64,000 nt of DNA, from contig JAYZEG010000058.1 in NCBI GenBank assembly GCA_036337435.1, positions 128,001-192,000 of the forward strand, read 5' to 3'. The notes beneath the pieces were generated by a model. The model saw only the letters and a list, made by a program, of their open reading frames with translations. It had not been told where the DNA came from and ran no database searches. Below, piece by piece: positions 9,786 to 21,520 of this stretch. A program made the translations under genes and the position numbers. The first letter of the stretch is position 1; each line of letters starts with the position of its first letter. Source of the DNA: Myxococcota bacterium. Its GTDB lineage: Bacteria > Myxococcota_A > Bradymonadia > UBA7976 > UBA1532.

Positions 9786-10654
9786 CACAATCACGACGAA
9801 ATGTCCTTGGACGAGGTCTATCTGCACTCATCCCAGAGGCAAACGAGGCTGTCGAAGCAAACATCCAGGAAATAACACAGCTCCCGCTGGAGCAGATTCA
9901 AGCCGCCGATCACCAACCCAGGCTCGAATTTGACGACACGCGACTGGCCGCATTGTCCGAGTCCATCAAATCCGACGGACTCTTACAACCAATCGTTGTC
10001 CGACGGGTCGGGCAGAACACCTTTTCGATTATCGCTGGCGAACGCCGTTTTCGGGCCTCAAAATTGGCCGGCCTCGGACATGTACCGGTTGTCATCCGAG
10101 ATGTAACGGAGTCCGAATCTTTTGAGTTGGCTCTCATTGAAAATGTACAGCGAGAAGATCTCAATCCCATCGAAGAAGCTGAGGCATTTTCCTATCTTGT
10201 GAAGGAACGACAACTCAGTCATGAAGAGATCGCGCATCGAATGGGCCGCGATAGAGTGACTATCACCAACGGCTTAAGACTACTTAAATTGGCAGAACCC
10301 ATTCGGAAAATGGTCGCCAGTGGTCAACTCAGTGCTGGTCACGGTCGGGCGATACTGATGGCCCCGACCGGGGCGCGATTAACACTGGCTGAACAAACCA
10401 TTAAATCCGGCTGGAGCGTCCGCCGTACGGAGAAAGAAGCAAAGGCTCTTAAGTCTGCTTTGACGGCTGAGCCAACTAAGCCTGCCACGACCAGCCCTGC
10501 TCATAGGGCTGTCGAGGACCAGCTGAGAGCAGCACTCGGTGCCCCAATCAAACTGGTCAATAAAAAGGGCGTCGGTCGCATCGAAATCCGATTCCATAGT
10601 ATGGACGAACTTGAGCGCTTATTGGACCTGATGGCCTCCTTAGAAGGCCAATAA
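9782..10654 (+). CDS. parB: Chromosome partitioning protein ParB/Spo0J
   Basis: LGRGLSAL, QPR, GLLQPIVVR, IIAGERRFRA (CTP-binding box), ENVQREDLNPIEEA and an HTH. Confidence 0.97.
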   Translation: MTQSRRNVLGRGLSALIPEANEAVEANIQEITQLPLEQIQAADHQPRLEFDDTRLAALSESIKSDGLLQPIVVRRVGQNTFSIIAGERRFRASKLAGLGHVPVVIRDVTESESFELALIENVQREDLNPIEEAEAFSYLVKERQLSHEEIAHRMGRDRVTITNGLRLLKLAEPIRKMVASGQLSAGHGRAILMAPTGARLTLAEQTIKSGWSVRRTEKEAKALKSALTAEPTKPATTSPAHRAVEDQLRAALGAPIKLVNKKGVGRIEIRFHSMDELERLLDLMASLEGQ

Positions 10655-10700
10655 ATTCGACGTGACATCTCACCCAGACCGTCTTCGTTGATTGCCCCCC

Positions 10701-10744
10701 AAAAAAAACGCCGCAGTGGAAAACCACGCGGCGTTTCTATTTTG
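10701..10744. terminator. Bidirectional intrinsic terminator between convergent parB and atpC
   Basis: A8 run, stem AAACGCCGC...GCGGCGTTT with an inner GTGG/CCAC pair, and a T-rich tail on the + strand. Confidence 0.8.
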
Positions 10745-10759
10745 ACAAGTCGAGATTGG

Positions 10760-11164
10760 TCAGTGCGCTGTCTGGTCCAACACACTCTCGGCATACCGCT
10801 GATCAATGTTTATTCTCAGAAGCTGGTCATCACCGAGATATTCACTCTCTTCTAGGCGACGATTAGCCTGTTGTAATACGTCTGCGGCTTTATCCCGGTC
10901 GATCTCATCTCGGGTAAGAGCATAGTCGGTCATGATCAATATGCTATCACTCGAAATTTCCGCGACACCGCCACGAATGAAAATTTCACCGTCGCCATCC
11001 AGACCTTGATACGAGAGAACACCCCCACCGAGCATGATTAACGCGGGCTGGTGCTCAGCGTAGACCGTAAACATGCCGGCTGCTCCGGGAACGGTGACCT
11101 CCACAACAACGGCATCCACAACGGAGCCTGTTGGGGTCACGATCGATAGATTCATTTTGGCCAT
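10760..11164 (-). CDS. atpC: ATP synthase F1 epsilon subunit
   Basis: LSIVTP, VPGAAGMFTVYAEH and GGVAEI; last gene of the atp operon. Confidence 0.92.
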   Translation of the reverse strand: MAKMNLSIVTPTGSVVDAVVVEVTVPGAAGMFTVYAEHQPALIMLGGGVLSYQGLDGDGEIFIRGGVAEISSDSILIMTDYALTRDEIDRDKAADVLQQANRRLEESEYLGDDQLLRINIDQRYAESVLDQTAH

Positions 11165-11188
11165 GCTGGCTGCTCCTTACTATGAACC

Positions 11189-12670
<1,482 letters not shown>

Positions 12671-13555
12671 TTATTTAAGAGCCTCAGCTCCGCCGATAAT
12701 CTCCATCAACTCTGTGGTGATTGCGGCTTGTCTTGCTCTGTTCATCTGCAATGTAAGCGCCGAAATCATTTCCGTCGCATTGTCGGTCGCGCTGTTCATC
12801 GCGTTCATTCGCGCTGCATGTTCACCCGCGATTGATTCCAAAATTGCCTCGCGAATCTGGACCTCAACGAAAGCAGGTACAACGTGATTCAGCAGGGTTT
12901 CTTGGTCAGGCTCGTAGAGGTAATCACCTCGTACAGTGTCCGTTTGCTGCTCCTCGTCCGCGATGGCCGAAACAGGCAGCAAGTCAGACGCCCGCGGATT
13001 TTGACTAATGATGCTGTCAAAGCGATTCGAAACAATGACAACGTCATCGAATTCGCCCTGAAGGAATCCATCAACCAAGGCAGCCGTAATCGCTTTGATG
13101 CTGTCAGTACTGGCACCAGCGATGACCTCACCAAACTCACGTCCTACAACCAGTCCGCTCTTGCTAACGAACTGCACCATACGACGACCGAGTGGAAAAA
13201 CAACCGCTTCTCGACCCTCGTCCATGACCTTTTTCGCATACTGCGCAGCCGCTTTTTGGACGTTGCTGTTGAATCCACCACACATACCGCGATCACTGGA
13301 TATCGCGAGGATTGCAACCTTAGCTTGCCCTTCGCGTACCTCGAGTAGCGGATGGGCAGCATCACCCGCACCGCCACTGGCATCCACCAAGGATGACAGC
13401 ATTTCGCGGTACTTTTCAGCGTATGGTCTCAGCTCCATCATCGCACCCTGCGCACGACGCAACTTAGCCGCCGCCACGAGCTTCATCGCCCGTGTTATCT
13501 TCTGGGTGTTCTTGACAGACGTGACCCGCTTGCGAATATCTTTGAGGCTTGGCAT
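12671..13555 (-). CDS. atpG: ATP synthase F1 gamma subunit
   Basis: KITRAMKLVAAAK, SSDRGMCGGFN and NRARQAAITTEL. Confidence 0.98.
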   Translation of the reverse strand: MPSLKDIRKRVTSVKNTQKITRAMKLVAAAKLRRAQGAMMELRPYAEKYREMLSSLVDASGGAGDAAHPLLEVREGQAKVAILAISSDRGMCGGFNSNVQKAAAQYAKKVMDEGREAVVFPLGRRMVQFVSKSGLVVGREFGEVIAGASTDSIKAITAALVDGFLQGEFDDVVIVSNRFDSIISQNPRASDLLPVSAIADEEQQTDTVRGDYLYEPDQETLLNHVVPAFVEVQIREAILESIAGEHAARMNAMNSATDNATEMISALTLQMNRARQAAITTELMEIIGGAEALK

Positions 13556-13573
13556 GCCTCACTCCCTCCGCGA

Positions 13574-15082
13574 CTAGGCGTTGAAGCCTTCGTTAAAATC
13601 GTTCAAACCCGCTTCTAGGCTGCTGACCAAGTCGTCGGTCAGTTTTCCTATTTCCCGGATCGACTTCAAAACATTCTCATGCTTGCTTCTGAAGAACTCG
13701 ATGAGCTCACTCTCGTATCGAGCAAGGTCTCCAACGGCAACATTATCCACAAATCCCTTAACGCCCGCATAGATGACCAAAATTTGGTTCTCCACAGGCA
13801 TTGGTTGGTACTGACCCTGCTTCAAAAGGATCGTGAGTCGCTCACCACGAGCAAGCTGCATCTGCGTTGCCTTGTCCAAATCAGATGCGAACTGGGCAAA
13901 CGCCTGCATCTCACGGTATTGAGCTAAGTCAAGGCGCAGAGTACCAGCAATTTTCTTCATCGCCTTGGTCTGCGCTGAGCCACCAACTCGTGACACAGAT
14001 ATACCTACGTTAATCGCAGGGCGAACACCCGAATTGAAGAGGTCACTTTCCAAGAAGATCTGGCCATCGGTGATCGAGATTACGTTTGTTGGAATATAGG
14101 CGGACACATCTCCGGCTTGCGTCTCGATGATGGGCAAGGCTGTGAGACTTCCGCCGCCATTGTCATCATTCATCTTCGCAGCACGTTCAAGCAAGCGACT
14201 ATGGAGGTAGAAAACATCACCGGGATAGGCCTCACGTCCAGGCGGACGACGAAGCAGCAATGACATCTGTCTATACGCGACGGCTTGCTTGCTCAAATCA
14301 TCATAAATAATAAGTGCATGTTTGCCGTTGTCGCGGAAAAACTCACCCATTGTGCAGCCCGTGTAAGGTGCTAGGAACTGGAGTGGAGCTAACTCAGCAG
14401 CAGCGGCTGCTACGACGGTGGTGTACTCCATCGCTCCATGCTTCTTCAGCTTGTCAACGACCTGTGCAACGGTCGATTGTTTCTGGCCGATAGCAACATA
14501 AATGCAGAAGACATCGGTATTTTTCTGGTTGATAATCGTGTCGATAGCAACGGCTGTCTTGCCCGTTTGACGGTCCCCGATAATCAATTCGCGTTGGCCT
14601 CGACCGATGGGCACCATTGAATCGATGGCTTTGAGGCCCGTTTGCAAAGGTTCACAGACCGATTGCCTCGGCATAATCCCGGGTGCTTTAATTTCAACCT
14701 GCCGTCGATGTGGAGACTCAATTTCACCCAAACCATCAATGGGCTCACCGAGCGCGTTGACAACACGGCCAAGAAGAGATTCACCCACAGGAACGTCAAC
14801 AATACGGCCCGTACGGCGAACTTCATCACCCTCGCGAATCTTGTTGGCCTCACCGAGAAGGGCGACACCGACATTATCTTCCTCGAGGTTCAAGACCATG
14901 CCCTGGACGTTGTTCGGAAACTCTACGAGCTCACCGGCCATCGCCTGTTCCAGACCATAGACACGCGCAATACCGTCACCCGCAGAGAGGACAGTACCGG
15001 TCTCGCTCACCTCGACCTGCTTGTCATAATCTTCGATTTGCTTCCGAATAATTCGGCTGATTTCTTCGACCCTGATATCCAT
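13574..15082 (-). CDS. atpA: ATP synthase F1 alpha subunit
   Basis: [28 protein letters not shown] and SVSRVGG. Confidence 0.99.
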   Translation of the reverse strand: MDIRVEEISRIIRKQIEDYDKQVEVSETGTVLSAGDGIARVYGLEQAMAGELVEFPNNVQGMVLNLEEDNVGVALLGEANKIREGDEVRRTGRIVDVPVGESLLGRVVNALGEPIDGLGEIESPHRRQVEIKAPGIMPRQSVCEPLQTGLKAIDSMVPIGRGQRELIIGDRQTGKTAVAIDTIINQKNTDVFCIYVAIGQKQSTVAQVVDKLKKHGAMEYTTVVAAAAAELAPLQFLAPYTGCTMGEFFRDNGKHALIIYDDLSKQAVAYRQMSLLLRRPPGREAYPGDVFYLHSRLLERAAKMNDDNGGGSLTALPIIETQAGDVSAYIPTNVISITDGQIFLESDLFNSGVRPAINVGISVSRVGGSAQTKAMKKIAGTLRLDLAQYREMQAFAQFASDLDKATQMQLARGERLTILLKQGQYQPMPVENQILVIYAGVKGFVDNVAVGDLARYESELIEFFRSKHENVLKSIREIGKLTDDLVSSLEAGLNDFNEGFNA

Positions 15083-15111
15083 CGGTCGGTCTCCATTCTA
15101 ACCGTTTAGGT

Positions 15112-15663
15112 TCAGACCTCGCCCTGCTTTAGGCGCGCCCTGAGCGTATTCAATTGATTACTGACACTACCATCGTAAACACGACCCCCAATATGGGTCA
15201 CTATGCCGGCTACGATTGACTTATCTTCTTCCTGCTCGACGACAACTTTCTTGCCCGTTGCCTTCTGTACAACAGAACGGAGTCTCTCGACATCGCCTTC
15301 TGAGAGTGGGGTCGCAACGCGTACCCGAGCTCTTAGGCGTCCCGCTTCTGCATCAGATAACTCGTTGTACGCGGCGACAACTTCGCCAAGGCGGCCAATA
15401 CGATTCCTGTCGACGAGAAGAAACAAAAACTTTCGACAGATTGGACTGACGGTCACAACGTTGAGTAAGTCCGCCAAAACAGCTTTTCTCACGTCAACAC
15501 CGAACTTGGGGCTTTGAAATAAAACCCGGACTTCGTCCACTGAAAACAGCTCCACCACACGCTCAAGCTCACGGCCCAGCTGCTCATAATTATCGTTGTC
15601 GATCCCGATCCCAAGAAGGGCCTTCGCGTATCGTTCACCGAGCGTTGAAGATCGCACGATCAA
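15112..15663 (-). CDS. atpH: ATP synthase delta subunit
   Basis: RYAKAL, FLFLLVDRNR and GGRVYDGSV; position in the operon. Confidence 0.95.
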   Translation of the reverse strand: MIVRSSTLGERYAKALLGIGIDNDNYEQLGRELERVVELFSVDEVRVLFQSPKFGVDVRKAVLADLLNVVTVSPICRKFLFLLVDRNRIGRLGEVVAAYNELSDAEAGRLRARVRVATPLSEGDVERLRSVVQKATGKKVVVEQEEDKSIVAGIVTHIGGRVYDGSVSNQLNTLRARLKQGEV

Positions 15664-15669
15664 TTCCCT

Positions 15670-16245
15670 TTACTGCGCATTCCGGATGCTCGACTCCAAT
15701 TGACCGAAATAATCCGCCACCAGTCGTCGATGATCATCTTCATTAAGCTGTTCACGTATTGCGGACTGTGCACTCGCGACGGCCCGGTCAACGATTTCCG
15801 ATTCTAACTTAGCTTTCGCTCGAGCTGCTTCGTTTTCTGCAACGCGTTTCGCTTCGTTGCGAATGCGTTCCGCATCGACCTTGGCCGCTGCGATAATTCG
15901 GTCGCGCTCAGCTGCACCCATCGCTTTGAATTCATCTAACAATTCAATTCGCTGGGCTTCGAAGCCAGCTAATTTTTCATTGTACTCAGCTAAGATTTCC
16001 TTCGCCTCGGCGTGTAGGGCTGCGGCCTCATCAATTTCTCGACCGACACGCTCTGCTCGACTCTTAAGCCCGTTTTTAATGTTTGGACCAGCAAACTTGG
16101 CGATAAGTGCAAGCAAAATGACTAGGTTAATAAGGTGATAAACGTTTGTAGACCACGCGTCCCAACCTGTCTTCACTTCGCCGCTGCCTGCCGCGAATGC
16201 CGCGCCAGATATCAAAACAACCAGGACTAGCGTTAAGCGATTCAC
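15670..16245 (-). CDS. atpF: ATP synthase F0 subunit b (with N-terminal signal-like extension)
   Basis: Membrane helix LINLVILLALI, long A/E/K/R coiled coil, C-terminal DDHRRLVADY. Confidence 0.92.
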   Translation of the reverse strand: MNRLTLVLVVLISGAAFAAGSGEVKTGWDAWSTNVYHLINLVILLALIAKFAGPNIKNGLKSRAERVGREIDEAAALHAEAKEILAEYNEKLAGFEAQRIELLDEFKAMGAAERDRIIAAAKVDAERIRNEAKRVAENEAARAKAKLESEIVDRAVASAQSAIREQLNEDDHRRLVADYFGQLESSIRNAQ

Positions 16246-16256
16246 TCCACCACCCC

Positions 16257-16724
16257 CTAAATCGTCCGGCCAATGACTTTTTGCACAACCAAAGCCGACA
16301 GTTCAGCGACCTGAGCATCTACGTTGGGGCGCTCCGCCGCCACTTGGTCGTCGATGGCTTTTTGGGCTTTATCGATCGTCTCATTCGCATCTGACCGAGC
16401 AGATTGAACCAGCGCGTCTTTTTGGTCGATGCCCTCGGTTCTCAAGCTGAGTTTAGCCTCGAGGGCCGCGCTTCTCGCGTCCGCTAGAGAACTTTCGTAG
16501 CGGTCCGCAAGTGCGTCCGCTTCCGCCCTCAACTTGGCCGCCTCATCCTTGGTCGACGCCGTACGGCGGCCTCGTTCATCAACGGCTTTTAGGTAGGGCC
16601 CAAAAACAAACTTGTTTAAGACCACCATCAACGTCAAGACAAACGCAAGTTGAATGGCAAAAGTCAGGTCAAGGTCTAAACTGACCCCGCCCATATAGTG
16701 TATTGTATTCTGCATGGAATCCAT
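16257..16724 (-). CDS. atpF: ATP synthase F0 subunit b'
   Basis: DLTFAIQL...LNKFVFGP followed by a coiled coil ending KVIGR; second b-type paralog. Start is uncertain. Confidence 0.88.
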   Translation of the reverse strand: MDSMQNTIHYMGGVSLDLDLTFAIQLAFVLTLMVVLNKFVFGPYLKAVDERGRRTASTKDEAAKLRAEADALADRYESSLADARSAALEAKLSLRTEGIDQKDALVQSARSDANETIDKAQKAIDDQVAAERPNVDAQVAELSALVVQKVIGRTI

Positions 16725-16937
16725 GGTGCCGGTGGGCTCCTTAGCTCCGAAGTCGCCGGAACCTAACAAAGGCGATAGTATAGGTCAATCGCCTTTAACA
16801 ACTCTGAGTCAATCGGACACGACTCTTAATTATCAGTTCCGCTTATATGTCTGAAAAATATAGATTTTTGTGACACCGTGTTAAAGATAGTCTCGTATAT
16901 TTTGATTCAATTTTCTTGATAAATTTGTCCAGTCACC

Positions 16938-17870
16938 ATGATCAAAGCAATCAATTTAAGTAAATCATATGGACCCGTTGCCGCACTTCGACATGCATCC
17001 TTCGAAATTGGGTCGGGCGAGATTGTCGGTTTTCTCGGACCCAATGGTGCGGGTAAGTCGACGACCATGAAAATACTGACCGGTTTTCTCGCCCCAACCG
17101 ACGGGGAAGCCTGGATCGCAGACCACCCAGTCGACGATCCCAGCGAATCATTTAGATTTAGGGTCGGTTACTTGCCAGAGAACGCACCTCTTTATGGAGA
17201 AATGTCCGTTTCTGATTTTCTTAATTTCGCAAGTCGACTCAAACACATTGAAAAAAAGCATCGAAAGAGTGCTCTTGAGAAAGCCTGTGTTCGATGCGGC
17301 TTAAACGACGTCCTTCACAAGTCCATTGGAGCCCTCTCGAAAGGATACCGTCAACGCGTTGGTCTGGCCCAAGCGATTATTCATGAGCCGAGTGTGCTGA
17401 TCCTGGATGAGCCAACAAGCGGACTTGACCCTAACCAAGTCGAAGATATTCGTCATTTAGTCAGGGAGTATGGCCGACACAATACAGTCCTTTTCAGCAG
17501 CCACATACTCACAGAAGTGCAAGCCGTTGCGACCCGCATACTGGTCATAGATCAAGGCCAAATCGTCGCTGATGATACACCAACAGCATTGATGAATCAG
17601 GTCAGTGCAATCCGTTACGAAATCGCGGTCACTGGCGTATCATCAACAGACTTGTTTGACTGGATGCGTGAACAAGACGGCGTTCTGCACTGTCAATACG
17701 GCGAATCGGAATCCGATAGCGTGCGTGTCATTGTCAGTCTTCAGGATGAGTCTGTAGCACCCTTGTTAGCGAGAGCAGTCATTAACCAAAATTGGGGTTT
17801 GCAGGAATTGGTGAAGGAAAAGGCAGACCTGGAAACTGTCTTTCGGACGCTGACAGGGGGTCCGGTATGA
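16938..17870 (+). CDS. ABC transporter ATP-binding protein, GldA-like
   Basis: GPNGAGKSTT, GYLPENAPLY, LSKGYRQRVG, LDEPTSGLDPNQ and SSH. Confidence 0.92.
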   Translation: MIKAINLSKSYGPVAALRHASFEIGSGEIVGFLGPNGAGKSTTMKILTGFLAPTDGEAWIADHPVDDPSESFRFRVGYLPENAPLYGEMSVSDFLNFASRLKHIEKKHRKSALEKACVRCGLNDVLHKSIGALSKGYRQRVGLAQAIIHEPSVLILDEPTSGLDPNQVEDIRHLVREYGRHNTVLFSSHILTEVQAVATRILVIDQGQIVADDTPTALMNQVSAIRYEIAVTGVSSTDLFDWMREQDGVLHCQYGESESDSVRVIVSLQDESVAPLLARAVINQNWGLQELVKEKADLETVFRTLTGGPV

Positions 17871-18580
17871 CGGTTTTCTGGATTGCAATGCGGGAGCTGG
17901 GGTCTTATTTCAGGCGCCCGATCGCGTACATGGTGGTGTCCGCTTTCCTGATTATGACCGCTCTCTACACCTTTGTTTTGATGCCATTTTTTGTCGTCGG
18001 AAAGGCGAGTCTCGTCTCGTTCTTCGAATTCACGCCGTTTCTATTTACGCTCTTCATTCCGGCGATCACCATGAGGTGCATTGCTGAAGAACGGGCAAGT
18101 GGCATGCTCGAAATCTTGCAAACATGGCCTGTGAGTGACATGAGCTGGGTTCTCGGTAAATTCCTCGGTGCTTATTTACTCGTTTCATTCGCCATCATAC
18201 TGACCTTCGTCTTTCCAATGTGTGTCGCCCCGTTCGGTCCAGTTGATTGGGGCGCGGTCATCGGCGGCTATATCGGTCTATTTCTTCTGGGAGCCGCGTA
18301 TACGGCCCTCGGGATATTTGCCAGTGCTTGGACATCGAATCAAATCATCGGTTTTACAGTCGGATTTACACTGTGCTTCACATTTTTCATCATCGGTCGC
18401 AGCGCCGTATTTCTAGAAGGCGACATACTGTTTCTTGCTGAATTTTTAAGCTTCGAAAGGCGTATTTCGGGGATTTCGCGGGGTGTCTTAGATAGTCGAG
18501 ACCTCGTTTTCTTCATGACCGTAGTAGGCCTGGCACTCGGATTGTCCGCAGAACGGCTGCACGTGAGGCGGTGGCGGTGA
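17867..18580 (+). CDS. ABC-2 type permease, GldF-like
   Basis: RELGSYF..PIAY, PAITMR.IAEER.SG.LE, VLGKF and RGVLDSRD; multiple hydrophobic helices. Confidence 0.88.
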   Translation: MTVFWIAMRELGSYFRRPIAYMVVSAFLIMTALYTFVLMPFFVVGKASLVSFFEFTPFLFTLFIPAITMRCIAEERASGMLEILQTWPVSDMSWVLGKFLGAYLLVSFAIILTFVFPMCVAPFGPVDWGAVIGGYIGLFLLGAAYTALGIFASAWTSNQIIGFTVGFTLCFTFFIIGRSAVFLEGDILFLAEFLSFERRISGISRGVLDSRDLVFFMTVVGLALGLSAERLHVRRWR

Positions 18581-20178
18581 ATCCATCCCGAAAAAAATTA
18601 CGTCGGTCTGCGCTGATTGCCGTGCCCCTCTGGATTCTTGTCAGCCTCCTTGCGAACATCGCTGTCAAAGACACCAGAATCAGATGGGATTTTACATCAA
18701 GTCAACGTCATACCATGAGTTCGGAAAGCATCGAGCTTTTGTCTAGTGCCCGCTCACAAATCTCCGTTAAAGCGTTTCTACCGGGCTCACTCCCACCACC
18801 ATACAGCGATGTCGTCAGGGCCATTAAAACAGGATTAATGACGTTCCGTGCAGAATCACCCGTGCCCTTCGTCGTAGATGTTTTTGACCCATTGGACCCT
18901 GCACTGACAGCTAAGGAAAAAGAAACGCTGGACAAAAATGCTGACGCTTACGGGCTTAAGAAGGCTGATCTTCAAATCATTCGAGCCGATCAGAGAGTTG
19001 GCCTCTCTGTCCATTTTGGACTGGTGATCAACTACGAGTCTAGGCAGGCAATTGTCCCCCTCATTCAAAGACCATCACAGTTTGAGTACGCCTTCGCTCG
19101 AACGCTTCAGGCTGTCCTTAATCGTGACTTCGAAAAGCCTAAAATCGCCTTCAGTCAAGGTCACGGGGAACCCAACGTAGTCGACAGTCCGCTGAAGGCT
19201 GAGTTTTCATCTCTCGGCATGCTCGAATCTATCAAGCTCGATGGAAGCCCAATTCCACGGGATGTAGATGTTCTCGTCATTCTCGGTCCGAAACGATCTT
19301 TCAACAAGGCTGAGCGGTTTGCGATCGATCAGTTCCTGATGCGAGGCAAGAGTTTAGTCGCACTCCTTGATTATCGTCAGCAGAGTACAGTGTATCCGAA
19401 CATCCTGATTAAGAGCCTTACAGGCCTTGAGAGCCTCTTCGAGACATATGGTGTCCAGATTGAAACGGAACTCACTTTTGTCGATCGAATAAATCCATCC
19501 CCCGCACCGATCAAGCGAGATCAAAATGGACAGGTCATCTATTCAAATCATCCCCTTTACTCGCGAATGATGTCTCCGTCACCAGAGCATCCAGCTGTCG
19601 CGAATATGACAAATCTGGTGATGCCTATGGCCAGTCCCATTAAACCGACCGCGTCCGCTCATCAAAATCTCCAAATCGAGCCCATCTTTGTAGGTCCAAA
19701 AGATGTTGTTCTTGCGAACCAAATTGCTCGATTCGAACCCGAGACCTATGTGGTCTCGTCAAATGATGAGGTACCCGGTTACAAAATGGCGGCAGCCATA
19801 ACCCTGAATGGCATTCTGAAATCAGCTCATACCCGTGATGACCAACCCACAAAAATGAACGCTCTACCAGGCTCACCCAATCAAGAGCCGACGGTATTCT
19901 TACCATCGAGCCGTGGCGATTCACGCATACTGATCGCATCCAGTGGAACACGCATGTTGGCGGCCAGTCAGACGGGACTCAGATTTTTTAAAAATGCTGT
20001 TGCTTGGGCATCTATAGATTCAAGCTTAGTGGGCATCCGCGCAAGGGATCGACTTCCTGCGAATCTTGTCAAGACAACATCTACGGATCGGACTGCCATT
20101 CGAATTGTGTCAATTTTTGGACCCGTGCTGCTTCTTGTTTTGGTTGGCTGGATCGCCACCCGGCGTAAGGCGATATGA
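18577..20178 (+). CDS. GldG-like ABC auxiliary membrane protein
   Basis: N-terminal TM, RWDFT...HTMS, FSQGHGE, VLVILGP, AIDQFLMRGK and a C-terminal TM. Start could be 18571. Confidence 0.85.
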   Translation: MNPSRKKLRRSALIAVPLWILVSLLANIAVKDTRIRWDFTSSQRHTMSSESIELLSSARSQISVKAFLPGSLPPPYSDVVRAIKTGLMTFRAESPVPFVVDVFDPLDPALTAKEKETLDKNADAYGLKKADLQIIRADQRVGLSVHFGLVINYESRQAIVPLIQRPSQFEYAFARTLQAVLNRDFEKPKIAFSQGHGEPNVVDSPLKAEFSSLGMLESIKLDGSPIPRDVDVLVILGPKRSFNKAERFAIDQFLMRGKSLVALLDYRQQSTVYPNILIKSLTGLESLFETYGVQIETELTFVDRINPSPAPIKRDQNGQVIYSNHPLYSRMMSPSPEHPAVANMTNLVMPMASPIKPTASAHQNLQIEPIFVGPKDVVLANQIARFEPETYVVSSNDEVPGYKMAAAITLNGILKSAHTRDDQPTKMNALPGSPNQEPTVFLPSSRGDSRILIASSGTRMLAASQTGLRFFKNAVAWASIDSSLVGIRARDRLPANLVKTTSTDRTAIRIVSIFGPVLLLVLVGWIATRRKAI

Positions 20179-21482
20179 TGAATAGCCGGGTTCAGATCCT
20201 TACATGCCTTGCTCTCGGCTTGTTAGCAACCATCGCATTCAACGAGAACCAAGCCTCCAAATCCTCCACAATTCAATTCAGGTTACCAAAGTTGAGCGAT
20301 CTGAATGCCATTAAGATCAGTCAAACCGGCCGTAATGATATCCGCCTGATCCGACAAAACAATGGCTGGACGCTGGGTTCAGGGAATACAGAAATATCCG
20401 AGCGGGCACACACCTCAATGGCAGATTTAATGGCGACACCTCTATCCATGGACATGGACCTGGGCCCTGTGGAAACCCTCGACAAATATGGTCTGGGTGT
20501 CCACTCGCTGACCGTACAGTTCAAAGGTGAATTAACGCAGACAATTCGGGTTGGAAAAGTCGTCAACGATCGGCTCACCTTTATTTATGACGAGAGGTCT
20601 CAGCACGTGTACAGGGCAAGGGGTAATGTACGACGGGTTTTTGATCGAGCAAGAATAGACTGGAGAGAACGGCAGCTCTTTAGCATTGATTACGCATCTG
20701 TCGTCAGCGTGGCATCGAAGACCAAACTCAAACAAACCTGGTCGGCCTCTCGACCAGATTCAGATTCGCTCTGGACCTTTATCGATCCGGAGGACATGGA
20801 CGCCAGTCAGGACGCCATTGCTGCAGTAGTCAATACTTTTGTCCAAGCACGCGCAGCGTCGTTCATGGATGGTTCACAACCCTTCGTGGAAGAGAGGACG
20901 CTCAAAATCATAACGAAGTCCGGCCAGACGTATAAACTCTCATTAGGAAAACCAACCATAGCGGGTCAACTACCCGTTCGGCGCATCACGACAGTCAACG
21001 GCCGAAACCAGACAAGCCCATGGATCGCCATGCTTCCAAAACACCAAGCGATCTTCTTAAATCCGACGCTAGATGACCTCAGAAATAAGCGGGTTTTCGG
21101 ATTCAAGGAAGAGTCAATAGACCGAATCACGTGGACCGGAACCGAAACATTTCAGCTCAGCAAGCGTAATGACAGCTGGATTGTCGACTGGGATAAGAAA
21201 CAAAAAACTCTCGATCGGGCAGCAGCTGATTCATACCGTGAGAATTTTGCCAACCTACGCGCCCTGAAGATCCAATTGATACGACCAGAGAATCCGTTCA
21301 TGAAAAGCAGTTTCACACTGTCTGTCTATCTCAAAAATGGAACAGAGGAACGGGTTTACATCGGACAAAAATATGGGGCTGGGCGACGTATACAAACCCA
21401 TTCGAAACCAAATCAAGTGATGATTTTATCGAAGGCCTCAATGGACATTCTCGTGCCGAATGTGCGTAATTTATTTGATTAA
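20175..21482 (+). CDS. DUF4340-like exported protein
   Basis: N-terminal anchor and repeated W-containing units (LDKYGL, DWRERQLF, DLRNKRVF); usual fourth gene of GldAFG-like operons. Confidence 0.72.
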   Translation: MMNSRVQILTCLALGLLATIAFNENQASKSSTIQFRLPKLSDLNAIKISQTGRNDIRLIRQNNGWTLGSGNTEISERAHTSMADLMATPLSMDMDLGPVETLDKYGLGVHSLTVQFKGELTQTIRVGKVVNDRLTFIYDERSQHVYRARGNVRRVFDRARIDWRERQLFSIDYASVVSVASKTKLKQTWSASRPDSDSLWTFIDPEDMDASQDAIAAVVNTFVQARAASFMDGSQPFVEERTLKIITKSGQTYKLSLGKPTIAGQLPVRRITTVNGRNQTSPWIAMLPKHQAIFLNPTLDDLRNKRVFGFKEESIDRITWTGTETFQLSKRNDSWIVDWDKKQKTLDRAAADSYRENFANLRALKIQLIRPENPFMKSSFTLSVYLKNGTEERVYIGQKYGAGRRIQTHSKPNQVMILSKASMDILVPNVRNLFD

Positions 21483-21520
21483 AATCGAGAGCTGCTCATC
21501 GAGCTTAGGCCAATTGACCA

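Noticed and set aside
13743..13751. Perfect DnaA boxes TTATCCACA at 13743 (in atpA) and 55901 (in prs)
   Set aside because: Isolated, inside coding sequence and explained by Val-Asp-Asn/Lys codons; not clustered.
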